This document shows, one piece after another, positions 29,478 to 38,425 of a stretch of DNA of 64,000 bases. Origin of the DNA: an uncultured virus (IMG/VR IMGVR_UViG_2904584206_000001) (taxonomy: Duplodnaviria; Heunggongvirae; Uroviricota; Caudoviricetes); the IMG/VR virus record IMGVR_UViG_2904584206_000001, one strand, 5' to 3'. The position numbers and the translations under genes are program-made. Numbering within the stretch: the first letter of the stretch is position 1; every line of letters begins with the position of its first letter. The notes beneath the pieces were generated by a model that saw only the letters and a program-made list of their open reading frames with translations, was not told the DNA's origin and did no database searches.

Positions 29478-29728
29478 TCAGCATTCCATGCCCACACTGC
29501 CAACATCGTGTGAGAGCAGCCAAAAGCCGCACCATGTCGTCAATGATGAAAGAAATCACGTACCAGTGCCAGAACGTCGAATGCGGCCATACCTTCGTGG
29601 CCACGCTTGAGGTCTCGCGCACCGTATCGATGTCGGCCATGCCGAATCCAGAAGTGCGCATTCCGATTTCTTCGCGCGCATTTCTGGCTGCCAAGAACCA
29701 GATGACGCTAGACCTCGCGACCGTCTAA
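29468..29728 (+). CDS. ogr: Ogr/Delta-family zinc-finger late activator
   Basis: CPHC...YQCQNVECGHTF. Confidence 0.9.
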   Translation: MRVISIPCPHCQHRVRAAKSRTMSSMMKEITYQCQNVECGHTFVATLEVSRTVSMSAMPNPEVRIPISSRAFLAAKNQMTLDLATV

Positions 29729-29807
29729 ACGGCCGCCCCACTCCCGACAAATCAATACCTGCCGTGCGCCAAATGGCGCACGCAGGATTCGCTCACCCTG
29801 AAAAAAC

Positions 29808-30035
29808 ATGGCCACGATTACCGATCAGCAAAAAGCCATCAACGCACTCACCTTGATCAGGCTCCGAATGGATGAGGATCTTAAGGAATTCCGCTGCGCG
29901 CAGCGCATGCTGATGCACGAGGCCGCGCTCATCGACGAGGTGCGCTGGAACGTCATCTGGCAAGGTAAGAAAGTCATCTCGAACCGGCTCGCTGCGCGCC
30001 TGCAACGCATTGACGGCCTGCTCGGGGAATGGTGA
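29808..30035 (+). CDS. Phage hypothetical protein
   Basis: Position in the early operon. Confidence 0.55.
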   Translation: MATITDQQKAINALTLIRLRMDEDLKEFRCAQRMLMHEAALIDEVRWNVIWQGKKVISNRLAARLQRIDGLLGEW

Positions 30036-30121
30036 TGCGTAGCGTGCTGAGTTACTTCGTTGCCGGCTTGCTGCTGCTGGCGCCGGCCGTGCTGTCGGCG
30101 CTGGGCTGGGTGAAAGGCTGA
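30035..30121 (+). CDS. 28-aa hydrophobic peptide (not in the ORF track)
   Basis: MRSVLSYFVAGLLLLAPAVLSALGWVKG; TGATG coupling; fills the gap to the next ATG. Confidence 0.5.
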   Translation: MRSVLSYFVAGLLLLAPAVLSALGWVKG

Positions 30122-30123
30122 AC

Positions 30124-30477
30124 ATGCGCTGCGCCCGTATCAAGGATCATGCGTCGTTCCGCCCTGCCACGGATCTGCTGCGCGAGCGTGCGGCACAGGT
30201 GCCAACACCACCGGGTGATGAGGCCGCAAAAGCCGAGCTGGAAAAGGCCATGATGCTGCTGCGCACACGCAAGCGGCCAAACCATCAGATCGGCGTCGCC
30301 TATTCCTGGGCGGCCACTGCCAAGCCGGTGCGCCGGCACATCCTGGCCTTGGCAGGACTCTCGGCGGACCGCTGGGAATCCCCCATTCACTCCTTTACCG
30401 AAGCCGAACGCCTGGCCATGCGCCATGCCGTGCTGCGCGCAATCTCGACCTACGAAAGAGCCCTCAATGCAGTATAG
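30124..30477 (+). CDS. Phage hypothetical protein upstream of gene A
   Basis: Overlaps the gene A start. Confidence 0.6.
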   Translation: MRCARIKDHASFRPATDLLRERAAQVPTPPGDEAAKAELEKAMMLLRTRKRPNHQIGVAYSWAATAKPVRRHILALAGLSADRWESPIHSFTEAERLAMRHAVLRAISTYERALNAV

Positions 30478-32518
30478 AAAAGTCGATGCGAAGACGCGAC
30501 GCCAGCACAAGGCCTTTCTCGATTCGCCTCAGTTTGCCAGCGAACTGGAACGCATCCCACTGAAGTGGCGCGGCCGTGTGGTCAGCCAGGCGCTTGAGCT
30601 CATGTCGGTATGGCACTGGCGCCGGATCTTCGAGCCGGTCGCACTCGATTTCGTACGTGACTTTGCCGCGCACTACGTGCCGGCCGGAATTGATCTTTCG
30701 CAGGATGATGCTGAAATCTGCGCCACTGCCGAGAAGGCGGCCGAAAACGTCAAGAAGATGCTATGGAAGGCGATATCGGACACGCACGCTCGCGACATCA
30801 TCGAGCAGGAATGCAGCGATTACGGCATTGACGTGCCCGAAGTGGACGACGATGACCTGCGCGCGATCATCGCGCGGGTAGTGGACCCACGCTGGTGGCG
30901 CCGTCAACTGCGCAAAGTGGTCGGCCGTGCCTTCGAGGGCGGCAATATCCGTCTTGGCTACGTCCATTACCATGGCGAGCCCTATGCCAGCAATGATGCG
31001 GTGCTGTCGCGCCTGGCGCAGAACAAGCGCAATGCAGCGGCGTTGGAAGCGACGATGGTGCGCAATGAGGCCGGCCAGGAATTCAGCATTGCGGAATTGG
31101 CCGAGAAAACCACCGCGAACAAAACCATTCGTCGGGGTGAGCTGATGTTGCGTATCAATGGTTTTGAGACCATTGCGCGGGAGTGCAAGGACGAAGGTCT
31201 GTTTCTCACATGGTCCTGCCCGTCGCGCTTCCACGCCACAATGCACAGCGGCAAGCCCAATCCGAAATATGACGGCTCAGATCCGCGCACGGCTAACAAG
31301 TACCTGGGCAAGATGACGGCCCTGGCGCGCTCGGCGCTGGCACGGCGTGGCATCGGCCTGTACGGCTTCCGCATTGCTGAACCGCATCACGATGGATGCC
31401 CGCATTGGCACATGCTGGTGTTCGTGCGCGCTCTGCCGGGCTACACCACCCCGCACGTCAAGGACGTGGCTGGCCGCGCTATCCGCGTCATGAAGCGTTA
31501 CGCCTGGCGAGTGGACCGTGGCGAGCCTGGCGCATTCAAGCGCCGGCTTGACGTGAAGCGCATTGACTGGTCGAAGGGCAGCGCCGCCGGCTACATCGCC
31601 AAGTATGTGGCCAAGAACATTGACGGCGTGGCCGACCACAAGACCAAAGAAGGTTACGTGGTGACCACCGACACGGCCGGTGATTATGAGCTGACACCAT
31701 CGGCGCGCGTCGAAGCCTGGGCCGCCCGTTGGGGAATTCGGCAGTTCCAGCAGTGGGGCGGCGCACCTGTGAGCGTCTGGCGTGAGCTGCGCCGCGTGCC
31801 GGCAGACATGGTGCAAGAGGCACCGCCAGCGATGGCCGCTGCCTGGGATGCAGTGCAAAAGGTCGAGGGTGAGAAGCGTGCATGCTGGGCGAGCTACCTG
31901 CGTGCGCAGGGTGGCGCCATCGTGAAGCGCGACGATCTGATGGTCACCCTGGCCAAAGAAACCAAGACTGTCACCGGCCGCTATGAAGAGTGTGAGCGAG
32001 TGATGCCCTATGGCGTGCAATGCCGCCAGATGGCCGGGGTGGTCTTTAAATCCGTTCGGCACACATGGACACCAGTTCAAGGGCACGACGCCCGCGCATC
32101 GGCGGGTTCGGGGTTCCCTTGGACTCGTGTAAATAACTGTACGCAGCCCGCTGGGCCTGACTTTGCGGCTGATGTGTCCTTCGAGCCGAAGACTGCGCCA
32201 GCGCCGGTCACGTTCCAGCCCGACCAGGCCGCACAGATCGATCATGCCTGGCTCGCCCTGGGCGCATGTCCCTGGCCTCGACCGGTGGTGGACGACATAC
32301 CGACCTGGCCAAGGCCAGCCATGACCGCCGATGAACAGCGCCGGGCCCTGGCCGCCTGGGATGCCATCAAGGCGTGCCCCTGGCCACGCGTGGTGCCTGT
32401 GCCGGACAAGTCCCCGCGCCACGGTACGCCTCGCCAGGTCGCCGACTGGCGCGCCGGCCGGCTCGATGTCAGCGAACTTCCGATTGATCCCAACCCAACG
32501 AAAGGGAACGCCCCATGA
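30467..32518 (+). CDS. A: Rolling-circle replication endonuclease (P2 gpA)
   Basis: TWSCPSRFH; HUH EPHHDGCPHWH; YIAKYVAKNIDG; IRQFQ. Confidence 0.95.
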   Translation: MQYRKVDAKTRRQHKAFLDSPQFASELERIPLKWRGRVVSQALELMSVWHWRRIFEPVALDFVRDFAAHYVPAGIDLSQDDAEICATAEKAAENVKKMLWKAISDTHARDIIEQECSDYGIDVPEVDDDDLRAIIARVVDPRWWRRQLRKVVGRAFEGGNIRLGYVHYHGEPYASNDAVLSRLAQNKRNAAALEATMVRNEAGQEFSIAELAEKTTANKTIRRGELMLRINGFETIARECKDEGLFLTWSCPSRFHATMHSGKPNPKYDGSDPRTANKYLGKMTALARSALARRGIGLYGFRIAEPHHDGCPHWHMLVFVRALPGYTTPHVKDVAGRAIRVMKRYAWRVDRGEPGAFKRRLDVKRIDWSKGSAAGYIAKYVAKNIDGVADHKTKEGYVVTTDTAGDYELTPSARVEAWAARWGIRQFQQWGGAPVSVWRELRRVPADMVQEAPPAMAAAWDAVQKVEGEKRACWASYLRAQGGAIVKRDDLMVTLAKETKTVTGRYEECERVMPYGVQCRQMAGVVFKSVRHTWTPVQGHDARASAGSGFPWTRVNNCTQPAGPDFAADVSFEPKTAPAPVTFQPDQAAQIDHAWLALGACPWPRPVVDDIPTWPRPAMTADEQRRALAAWDAIKACPWPRVVPVPDKSPRHGTPRQVADWRAGRLDVSELPIDPNPTKGNAP

Positions 32519-32661
32519 CCGCGTTTCGTGTCGTCGTGCGCACTGCCAGCGCACGCCATTCCTACACCGCCATCGCAGCCCATAGCTGCGACGTGATCGC
32601 CGCTGCCGTCGATCGCTTTGGCGTGTGTTCCGTAACGGCCACCAAGGAGAAAAAACAATGA
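32515..32661 (+). CDS. 48-aa phage hypothetical protein
   Basis: ATGA overlaps on both sides; MTAFRVVVRT...FGVCSV. Confidence 0.55.
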   Translation: MTAFRVVVRTASARHSYTAIAAHSCDVIAAAVDRFGVCSVTATKEKKQ

Positions 32662-33014
32662 ATGCACCCGTGAAATTCGATGTCATCGTCACCACCAGCA
32701 AGCCGCGCGATTTCGTAATGCAGCCCCCGCAGGCCCTGGACCGCATCACGTTCAACACGCCCGACGATGGCGTGCTGGCAGGCTATGTGTCGGTCATTCG
32801 TCAGCACCTGGGCAACGGTGAGCGATTCGCCTGGGTCGAGCTCGACAACGAGCCGGCCGGGCTGTTCCGCGGCGTGCCGTTGGCAGACATCCTCACTTGT
32901 GATGATGCCGGAGACGTGCGCCGCAATAGCCCGAACTGCGAAGCTAGACGTCTATGCCTGAGCGACTACAGCGCGAACATTATCGACAGGGGGAGAATGG
33001 ATGCTCGCAATTAA
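32658..33014 (+). CDS. Phage hypothetical protein
   Basis: AGGAG RBS; coupled start. Confidence 0.55.
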   Translation: MNAPVKFDVIVTTSKPRDFVMQPPQALDRITFNTPDDGVLAGYVSVIRQHLGNGERFAWVELDNEPAGLFRGVPLADILTCDDAGDVRRNSPNCEARRLCLSDYSANIIDRGRMDARN

Positions 33015-33168
33015 AAATCCAACCGCCTGGGGCCAGCTTCTACGAATGCTGGCCGAGCAGGTGGCAAACGAAGTTCTGCAGCAGGCGCCGGAAATAGGCG
33101 GCGATCCTGAAACCGAAAAAGCACTCTATATTCAGCACCATGAAAGCAGCGATCTACGCACGCTATAG
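33001..33168 (+). CDS. 55-aa ORF overlapping the recombinase start
   Basis: GGAG RBS; MLAIKNPTAWGQLLRMLAEQVANEVL...DLRTL. Confidence 0.45.
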   Translation: MLAIKNPTAWGQLLRMLAEQVANEVLQQAPEIGGDPETEKALYIQHHESSDLRTL

Positions 33169-34726
33169 CACCGACAAGCAGCGCGAGGCCTCCATCGAGG
33201 ATCAATTCACCATCTGCACCCGGCGCGCCGAGCGTGAAGAGCTTAAAGTGGCACAGCGCTACAGTGACGACGGGGTATCCGGCTCCACGCCGGTAGCCCG
33301 GCGTGCTGGCGGCGCGCGGCTGCTCATGGATGCGTTCAACGGTCGTTTCGACGTGCTGATAGTGGAAGGCCTGGACCGTCTGTCGCGTGACCAGGTGGAG
33401 CAAGAGCAACTGGTGCGCCGCCTGGAGCACCGCGGCATCGTCATCATCGGCGTGGCCGACAGTTACGACAGCCGCATGGGCGGCCGCAAGATCATGCGGG
33501 GCGTGCGCGGGCTGATCAATGAGATGTTCCTCGATGATCTGCGGCACAAGACGCATCGTGGCCAGGCCGGCCAGGTCGAACGCGGCTATGCGGCTGGCGG
33601 CAAGTCGTATGGCTATGACATCGTGCGCGACCAGCTGGGCAGCAAGTACCAGGTGAACGATGCGCAGGCCGGCTGGGTGCGGTGGATTTTCACGCGCTAC
33701 GCGGAAGGCTGGAGCGTGCAGCGCATCGCCCATGAGCTCAACGCCCGCAAGGTGCCCTCCCCGCGTGCAAGCACGTGGGTGGTTTCGGCCATCTACGGAT
33801 CGCCCAACAAGGGGAGCGGGATCCTGAACAACTGCTTGTATCAGGGCCTCTATATATGGAATCGCTCGCAGTGGGTGAAGGATCCGGACACGGGCAAGCG
33901 GCAGCGGGTAGACCGGCCGCGCGAGGAGTGGCGGGAAATCGATGTACCCGAGCTGCGCATCGTTGATGATGAGCTGTGGCAGACCGTGCGCAAGCGCATC
34001 GATGGCCGGCTACCTGGCCGCAAGCAGGGGGCACCGGTGCGGACCTTGTTCGGCGGACTGATGACCTGCCCCTATTGTGGCGGGGCCATCGTGGCTATCA
34101 ATTCCCGGCTGTACGGCTGCGCCAACAGAAAGGATCGCGGACCAACGGTCTGCAAGGGCATCCACTTCAAGCGGGAGACCGCCGACAAGAACCTGCTGGA
34201 GACCTTGCGCGATGAGCTGCTGTCGCCTGCCGCGCAGGAACAGTTGCGGCGCCAGGTGCAGGCCATCATCGCCGAGCGTCAGCGCAGCAGTGCGGCCGAC
34301 GGCGCAGCGGCGACGGGCCGGCGCAAGGAGCTGGACGGGGAAATTCAGCGGCTGGTGGATGCGATCGCCAGTATCGGTGCCTCTCAGGCGCTGGCGGATC
34401 GGCTGCGAGCGGCCGAGGCCGAGCGCGGCCAACTGGCGGCGATCAAACCAAGAGCCGGCAGTGACGGGCCGTCTGCAGGAGAAATCGGGGAAAGGATCAA
34501 GAAGACTATGGCCAACCTGGAAACCGCCCTGACCGCTGACGTGCAGCAGGCGCGCATTTTGGTAGCCGAGCTCTATGGGAAAATCGATGTCGTCGCCGAG
34601 GGCGAGAATATCTACGCTGAATACAACAATGCCGCTGAGAAACTATTACTAGCTTCTAGCGGCATGTCTCTAAAACTGGTTGCGGGGGCGGGATTTGTCC
34701 GTTATCTACCGTTCAGAATTAGATAG
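33140..34726 (+). CDS. Large serine recombinase (serine integrase)
   Basis: YARYST catalytic Ser; DRLSR; YGY recombinase domain; CPYCG...YGC zinc ribbon; coiled coil. Confidence 0.95.
   Translation: MKAAIYARYSTDKQREASIEDQFTICTRRAEREELKVAQRYSDDGVSGSTPVARRAGGARLLMDAFNGRFDVLIVEGLDRLSRDQVEQEQLVRRLEHRGIVIIGVADSYDSRMGGRKIMRGVRGLINEMFLDDLRHKTHRGQAGQVERGYAAGGKSYGYDIVRDQLGSKYQVNDAQAGWVRWIFTRYAEGWSVQRIAHELNARKVPSPRASTWVVSAIYGSPNKGSGILNNCLYQGLYIWNRSQWVKDPDTGKRQRVDRPREEWREIDVPELRIVDDELWQTVRKRIDGRLPGRKQGAPVRTLFGGLMTCPYCGGAIVAINSRLYGCANRKDRGPTVCKGIHFKRETADKNLLETLRDELLSPAAQEQLRRQVQAIIAERQRSSAADGAAATGRRKELDGEIQRLVDAIASIGASQALADRLRAAEAERGQLAAIKPRAGSDGPSAGEIGERIKKTMANLETALTADVQQARILVAELYGKIDVVAEGENIYAEYNNAAEKLLLASSGMSLKLVAGAGFVRYLPFRIR
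34677..34698. repeat. attR core inside the recombinase 3' end
   Basis: Identical to 455-476; encodes (L)VAGAGF(V). Confidence 0.85.
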
Positions 34727-34879
34727 CCAAAACACACTTATAAGGCAGAGCTTATTTCAGCGGTTTATAAGCTAGAACAAATATCCCCCTTTCTTTGGTG
34801 CAAATTAGTCCTGTCTGCTCCGCACAATTTCTGCAAACGATATTTCAAGGCGACGTCAAAAATCGTACGATGAGAATCG

Positions 34880-34924
34880 TTGAGTTTTTAAATATGGCTG
34901 GATATACTGTATATACATCCAGTG
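34880..34924 (+). promoter_or_regulatory. Sigma70 promoter with LexA box over the -10
   Basis: TTGAGT-17 bp-TATACT; TACTGTATATACATCCAGTG (CTG-N10-CAG at 34907-34922). Confidence 0.75.
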
Positions 34925-35011
34925 CTTATGTTGTCGGCCCTCCGCCATCGCTGGGTGGAACGCCCCGATCAATTCCGTTCGCGGCCAATTTACTTATCAG
35001 ATTGGAAAATT

Positions 35012-36124
35012 ATGACGACGGCTTACAGCGTTTCGAATGCAGTTCCTTTTTCCGCTCTTCCTACCACCAACGGGGTGCAGCAGCAATTTTTTGCGCCCAA
35101 TACAAACGATGGGCCGGCGACTTTCGCTCCCGATGGACTCTCTGCGGCTCCCATTGTTGGCCTCGCGGGACATGCCCTGCAGGGCAACGAGATTCCGGCA
35201 GGAGCGCTGGTCACCCTTTCCTCCTATATCGGCCCGCTATTAAATTCCGGCGCTCTTTGCTGGTTGTTGATCGACTGCGCCGGTGGCGCGCAACAAATCA
35301 CACCTGCGAGCCGAGGCGAGCAAGCTGTCACCTTGGACCAGCTCAATAAGACTGGACGCTCAGGGATTCGCGGACTCGTTGGCAAAGCAAACGCAACTTC
35401 CCCTGCAACTAAGTTCGATTTCTCCACTGCATCGCGCACATTCCGTGACCCGAACACAGGAATTGTTCAGACAAGCTACAACACATCAGTCATTACAGTA
35501 GACGCCAACTTGGCCGGTCCAGTGCTGAACGGCCGTGATCAAGCTGCCGCTTTCACGGCGGGTAGCTGGATCTACCTATATGCCCTCTCCGACGGAAAAG
35601 GGTCCGAAGGTGCAGTCTTCAGCGCAAATCCGCCCTCAGTTGGGCCGAACAACGTTCCTGGCTACCCTTATGTCGTCCTGATCACAGCCCTCTACTGGAC
35701 CAGCCAATCGGTAATTCGACGGGTCGTCGCATCGGGCAATACGGTTTATGAGGCTGCCCAAATTAGCATCGCCGCCTCCGGCAATACCGCTGGATCTGAA
35801 ATCGCGTTCAGTACGGCGCTTGCTTGCCCACCAATTGCACTGCGTTGGAAAGCTCGTATCAATTCGTACATTTCCACCAATTCGGGCGGAGGAGGCACCG
35901 CTTCGGCGAGCTATCGCTTCATTTCTGGATTTGAAGCGAAAGAAATCCCGTTGGGGCAGCCAGTGGCGAATGCGACAGCATATGACAACGAGGAAGTTGA
36001 ATTCCCCAATGTCTCCCAACAGCTCTTCTTGGTGTTTTCTCTTACGTCGGGCCCGGGAAACATCGCGTCGATCCTCACCAACGTGAAGTCTGTCGGCTAC
36101 GTTGTTCCCAATGGAGACAACTGA
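35012..36124 (+). CDS. Orphan tail-fibre / receptor-binding-like protein
   Basis: Fibre-like segment ALQGNEI...AVTLDQL; C-terminal ~250 aa colinear with the fibre at 44321-45307. Confidence 0.75.
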   Translation: MTTAYSVSNAVPFSALPTTNGVQQQFFAPNTNDGPATFAPDGLSAAPIVGLAGHALQGNEIPAGALVTLSSYIGPLLNSGALCWLLIDCAGGAQQITPASRGEQAVTLDQLNKTGRSGIRGLVGKANATSPATKFDFSTASRTFRDPNTGIVQTSYNTSVITVDANLAGPVLNGRDQAAAFTAGSWIYLYALSDGKGSEGAVFSANPPSVGPNNVPGYPYVVLITALYWTSQSVIRRVVASGNTVYEAAQISIAASGNTAGSEIAFSTALACPPIALRWKARINSYISTNSGGGGTASASYRFISGFEAKEIPLGQPVANATAYDNEEVEFPNVSQQLFLVFSLTSGPGNIASILTNVKSVGYVVPNGDN

Positions 36125-36219
36125 GTCTGACAAACACCGTGCACGCAAAAATAGCGAGCAGCGATGGCTAGAGGAAGATTTGTCTTAATCAGACCAGTCT
36201 AGGTCACTTGCCAGCAAAG

Positions 36220-36254
36220 AGAGCCCGGGTACTGAAAAAGACTCGGGCTCTTTT
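36220..36254 (+). terminator. Intrinsic terminator
   Basis: AGAGCCCGGGT...ACTCGGGCTCT followed by a T-run. Confidence 0.65.
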
Positions 36255-36465
36255 AATTAGGAGAAGTCACCCGGATTGAAATTAACTTGAGTATCGAGAA
36301 CGCCATATAAAACTCTGCGGTTTCGATATAAGCCATTGAGAACCAACATTAATGCTCATCCTTGCCAAGGGGGTAGCATCCATTCGGCACCCTCAGTAAC
36401 CAAAAATGTTAAGCTTTTGCACCTCCACATTTACAAACACTTAACAGACTGGCTGGGAAAGACTA

Positions 36466-38004
36466 ATGTCGCTTATTAATGAGTCAAAAATAAATAAACT
36501 TTTCAAGGTTGGGATAATACTGATATCGCTGAGCGCCTTAGTCTTAGTTTTTACTGCAGGAATGACACAAGACGTCAGCTTCGACGCGGCATTCAATCTG
36601 CAAGTCGCAAAAAGCATTTCTCATGATTTGGTTTACTCGTCAACGTATAACCCTAGCTACATTAACGACTATCGAATTACCACCAACGGGCCACTACAGT
36701 ATCTTTGCGCATTGCTTTTGACAATCTTCGGAGACCGGCTTGGATTAGCGCTCACGCTGACTCTAGTAGCGTTCTTTTTCTTATACTCCGCCAAGAAATA
36801 TTCTTCATTAGCCTGGCTCCTTTGCATCACCATCATTTTCACCAGCGCGACTTTCTCAGATCAACTGACGTCGTTTTTGGGTGAAATAACAGCCCTCGGT
36901 TTTTTGATACTTGGACTACATACCATAAGCAACGCTCCATTGAGCCGAAACGAAGCTGCGTCTCTCGCAATGGGTAGTGTCTTCTTCGGCTTTGCTATAT
37001 CAACCAAACTAATAAGTGGTGTAGTCATTCCCTTCTTGGCATTCGGAGTGTGCGCATTGCACCAACCGAAGTTGACGTGGGCGAATTTCACCTCGACCAC
37101 CGTTCGCGCAATTGCTGTAAGCTTGGGAGCGCTCGGTGTCTTTATAGCAAGCTTCTATTTCTCCAGCTTCACATCTGAGCTCTTAGTGAAGTTTTTACAT
37201 GCGGGAAGTCTTGAGATGCCGCCGACTGCACCGGGGCTGGGAAAATTCATTGAACATCATTTCTGGCAGCGCTCAACAGCTGCAGGGAGATACATGCTTC
37301 ATTTAGATTCTTTTTCTAATCCGCTCACGCTACCTTTAATTTTCTTGGCCTCCGCCTTACTTCTAGTTTTCTCTATTTTCTGGGCGCCACTCGTTCTTTT
37401 ATGCGGCTACATTCTCATCTCTGGAATGGATGAGCGTCGTATCATGCTAATTTACTTCCCCCTTTTGTTGGCGGCCGCTTGGTGCGCCTCGAAGCAACTG
37501 AGACAGGTCAGCGAAACACGTAACCAATTCATAACATCAAGAATATTGCCGGCCGCATTTGTAGCAACTACGCTCCTTCTTATTGCGCCGCAAATGCAAA
37601 AAAGCACCCGCCCGGGTCTTATGTTACAGGCAGAGAAATTCGAGAAACTTTTATCGATCAAAAGAGCTGACCTCGCTTCCTTTCCAGTAAATCCAAACAT
37701 CATCCAGATGTCACAAATTATCTCAGCAACACCTGGCAAGGTTTTAACAAGCGGATGGTGGCAATTTCCAGAGTACCAGTTGGCTAGCGGCCGAAATTTC
37801 TACGATAGAACTGCTCCCGCTCCTGCAGAGCAACTAAAGGGAAGAACGGATTTACTGCTGCTTTTTGACAAAAGCTTTAAATGGTATCCGGAAACCTCTA
37901 TTGCGCTTTGCAGCGACGTGATCGCAGAGAGGGGTGATTTGGTTTTCTGCAGGTTCAAACCGGACACAAGACTTAATATTCGAGTTGGAATAGAGCAATC
38001 CTAA
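36466..38004 (+). CDS. Polytopic membrane protein, GT-C (ArnT/Gtr-like) glycosyltransferase candidate
   Basis: About 10 or more TM segments; SFDAAFN acidic motif in the first loop; LGE; STK; low GC. Confidence 0.6.
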   Translation: MSLINESKINKLFKVGIILISLSALVLVFTAGMTQDVSFDAAFNLQVAKSISHDLVYSSTYNPSYINDYRITTNGPLQYLCALLLTIFGDRLGLALTLTLVAFFFLYSAKKYSSLAWLLCITIIFTSATFSDQLTSFLGEITALGFLILGLHTISNAPLSRNEAASLAMGSVFFGFAISTKLISGVVIPFLAFGVCALHQPKLTWANFTSTTVRAIAVSLGALGVFIASFYFSSFTSELLVKFLHAGSLEMPPTAPGLGKFIEHHFWQRSTAAGRYMLHLDSFSNPLTLPLIFLASALLLVFSIFWAPLVLLCGYILISGMDERRIMLIYFPLLLAAAWCASKQLRQVSETRNQFITSRILPAAFVATTLLLIAPQMQKSTRPGLMLQAEKFEKLLSIKRADLASFPVNPNIIQMSQIISATPGKVLTSGWWQFPEYQLASGRNFYDRTAPAPAEQLKGRTDLLLLFDKSFKWYPETSIALCSDVIAERGDLVFCRFKPDTRLNIRVGIEQS

Positions 38005-38143
38005 GCTCGTGTCACACAGGTAATGAGGGCAATTTGAGCCTAGTGATAGTAATCCACGCGACTAAAATTGGCAGAGGATGCTGGCATTCTGCAAAGTCGT
38101 GAGCACGCAGAAACTGTGAAGCTGAAGACGATAGAGTTATGCC

Positions 38144-38262
38144 AAGCAAAAGGCCTGGAACGCTGTCACGTTCGAGGCCTTAATTTGAAAGGCTCTTAAC
38201 CTTTAGATTTGGTTACAGGGGCGCGATTTGCCCGTTATTTACCTTTCAGAATCCGATAGCCA
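38144..38262. repeat. Degenerate third att copy (hairpin + core + RYLPFRIR tail)
   Basis: Colinear with 388-476 joined to 34699-34729. Confidence 0.75.
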
Positions 38263-38300
38263 GCAATGGCGCGGGGGTTCGAGTCCCCCTCCTCGCACCA
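38259..38300 (+). tRNA. tRNA-Leu 3' half only (variable arm, T arm, CCA); att fragment
   Basis: GCCAGCAATGGC-GC-GGGGGTTCGAGTCCCCC-TCCTCGC-ACCA; no 5' half upstream. Confidence 0.75.
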
Positions 38301-38425
38301 GACAATCCATTTAAAGTCAACTACTTAGATACAATGGGCTGTCATTATTTTGGGTGTTTTGGGGCTCTTTTGGCATAAGAATACCAACTTAATGACAGCA
38401 TCATGCCCCTATTTGGAGAGCTGCT

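Larger units (their letters stand above)
455..34698. mobile_element. P2-like prophage, apparently complete, with large serine recombinase
   Basis: P2 gene order Q-P-O-N-M-L-X-lysis-R-S-V-W-J-I-H-G-FI-FII-E-T-U-D, repressor, ogr, A; 22-bp direct repeats 34,222 bp apart, a P2-like genome size. Confidence 0.88.

Noticed and set aside
38215..38300. Intact tRNA-Leu
   Set aside because: The 5' acceptor strand, D arm and anticodon arm are replaced by att-like sequence
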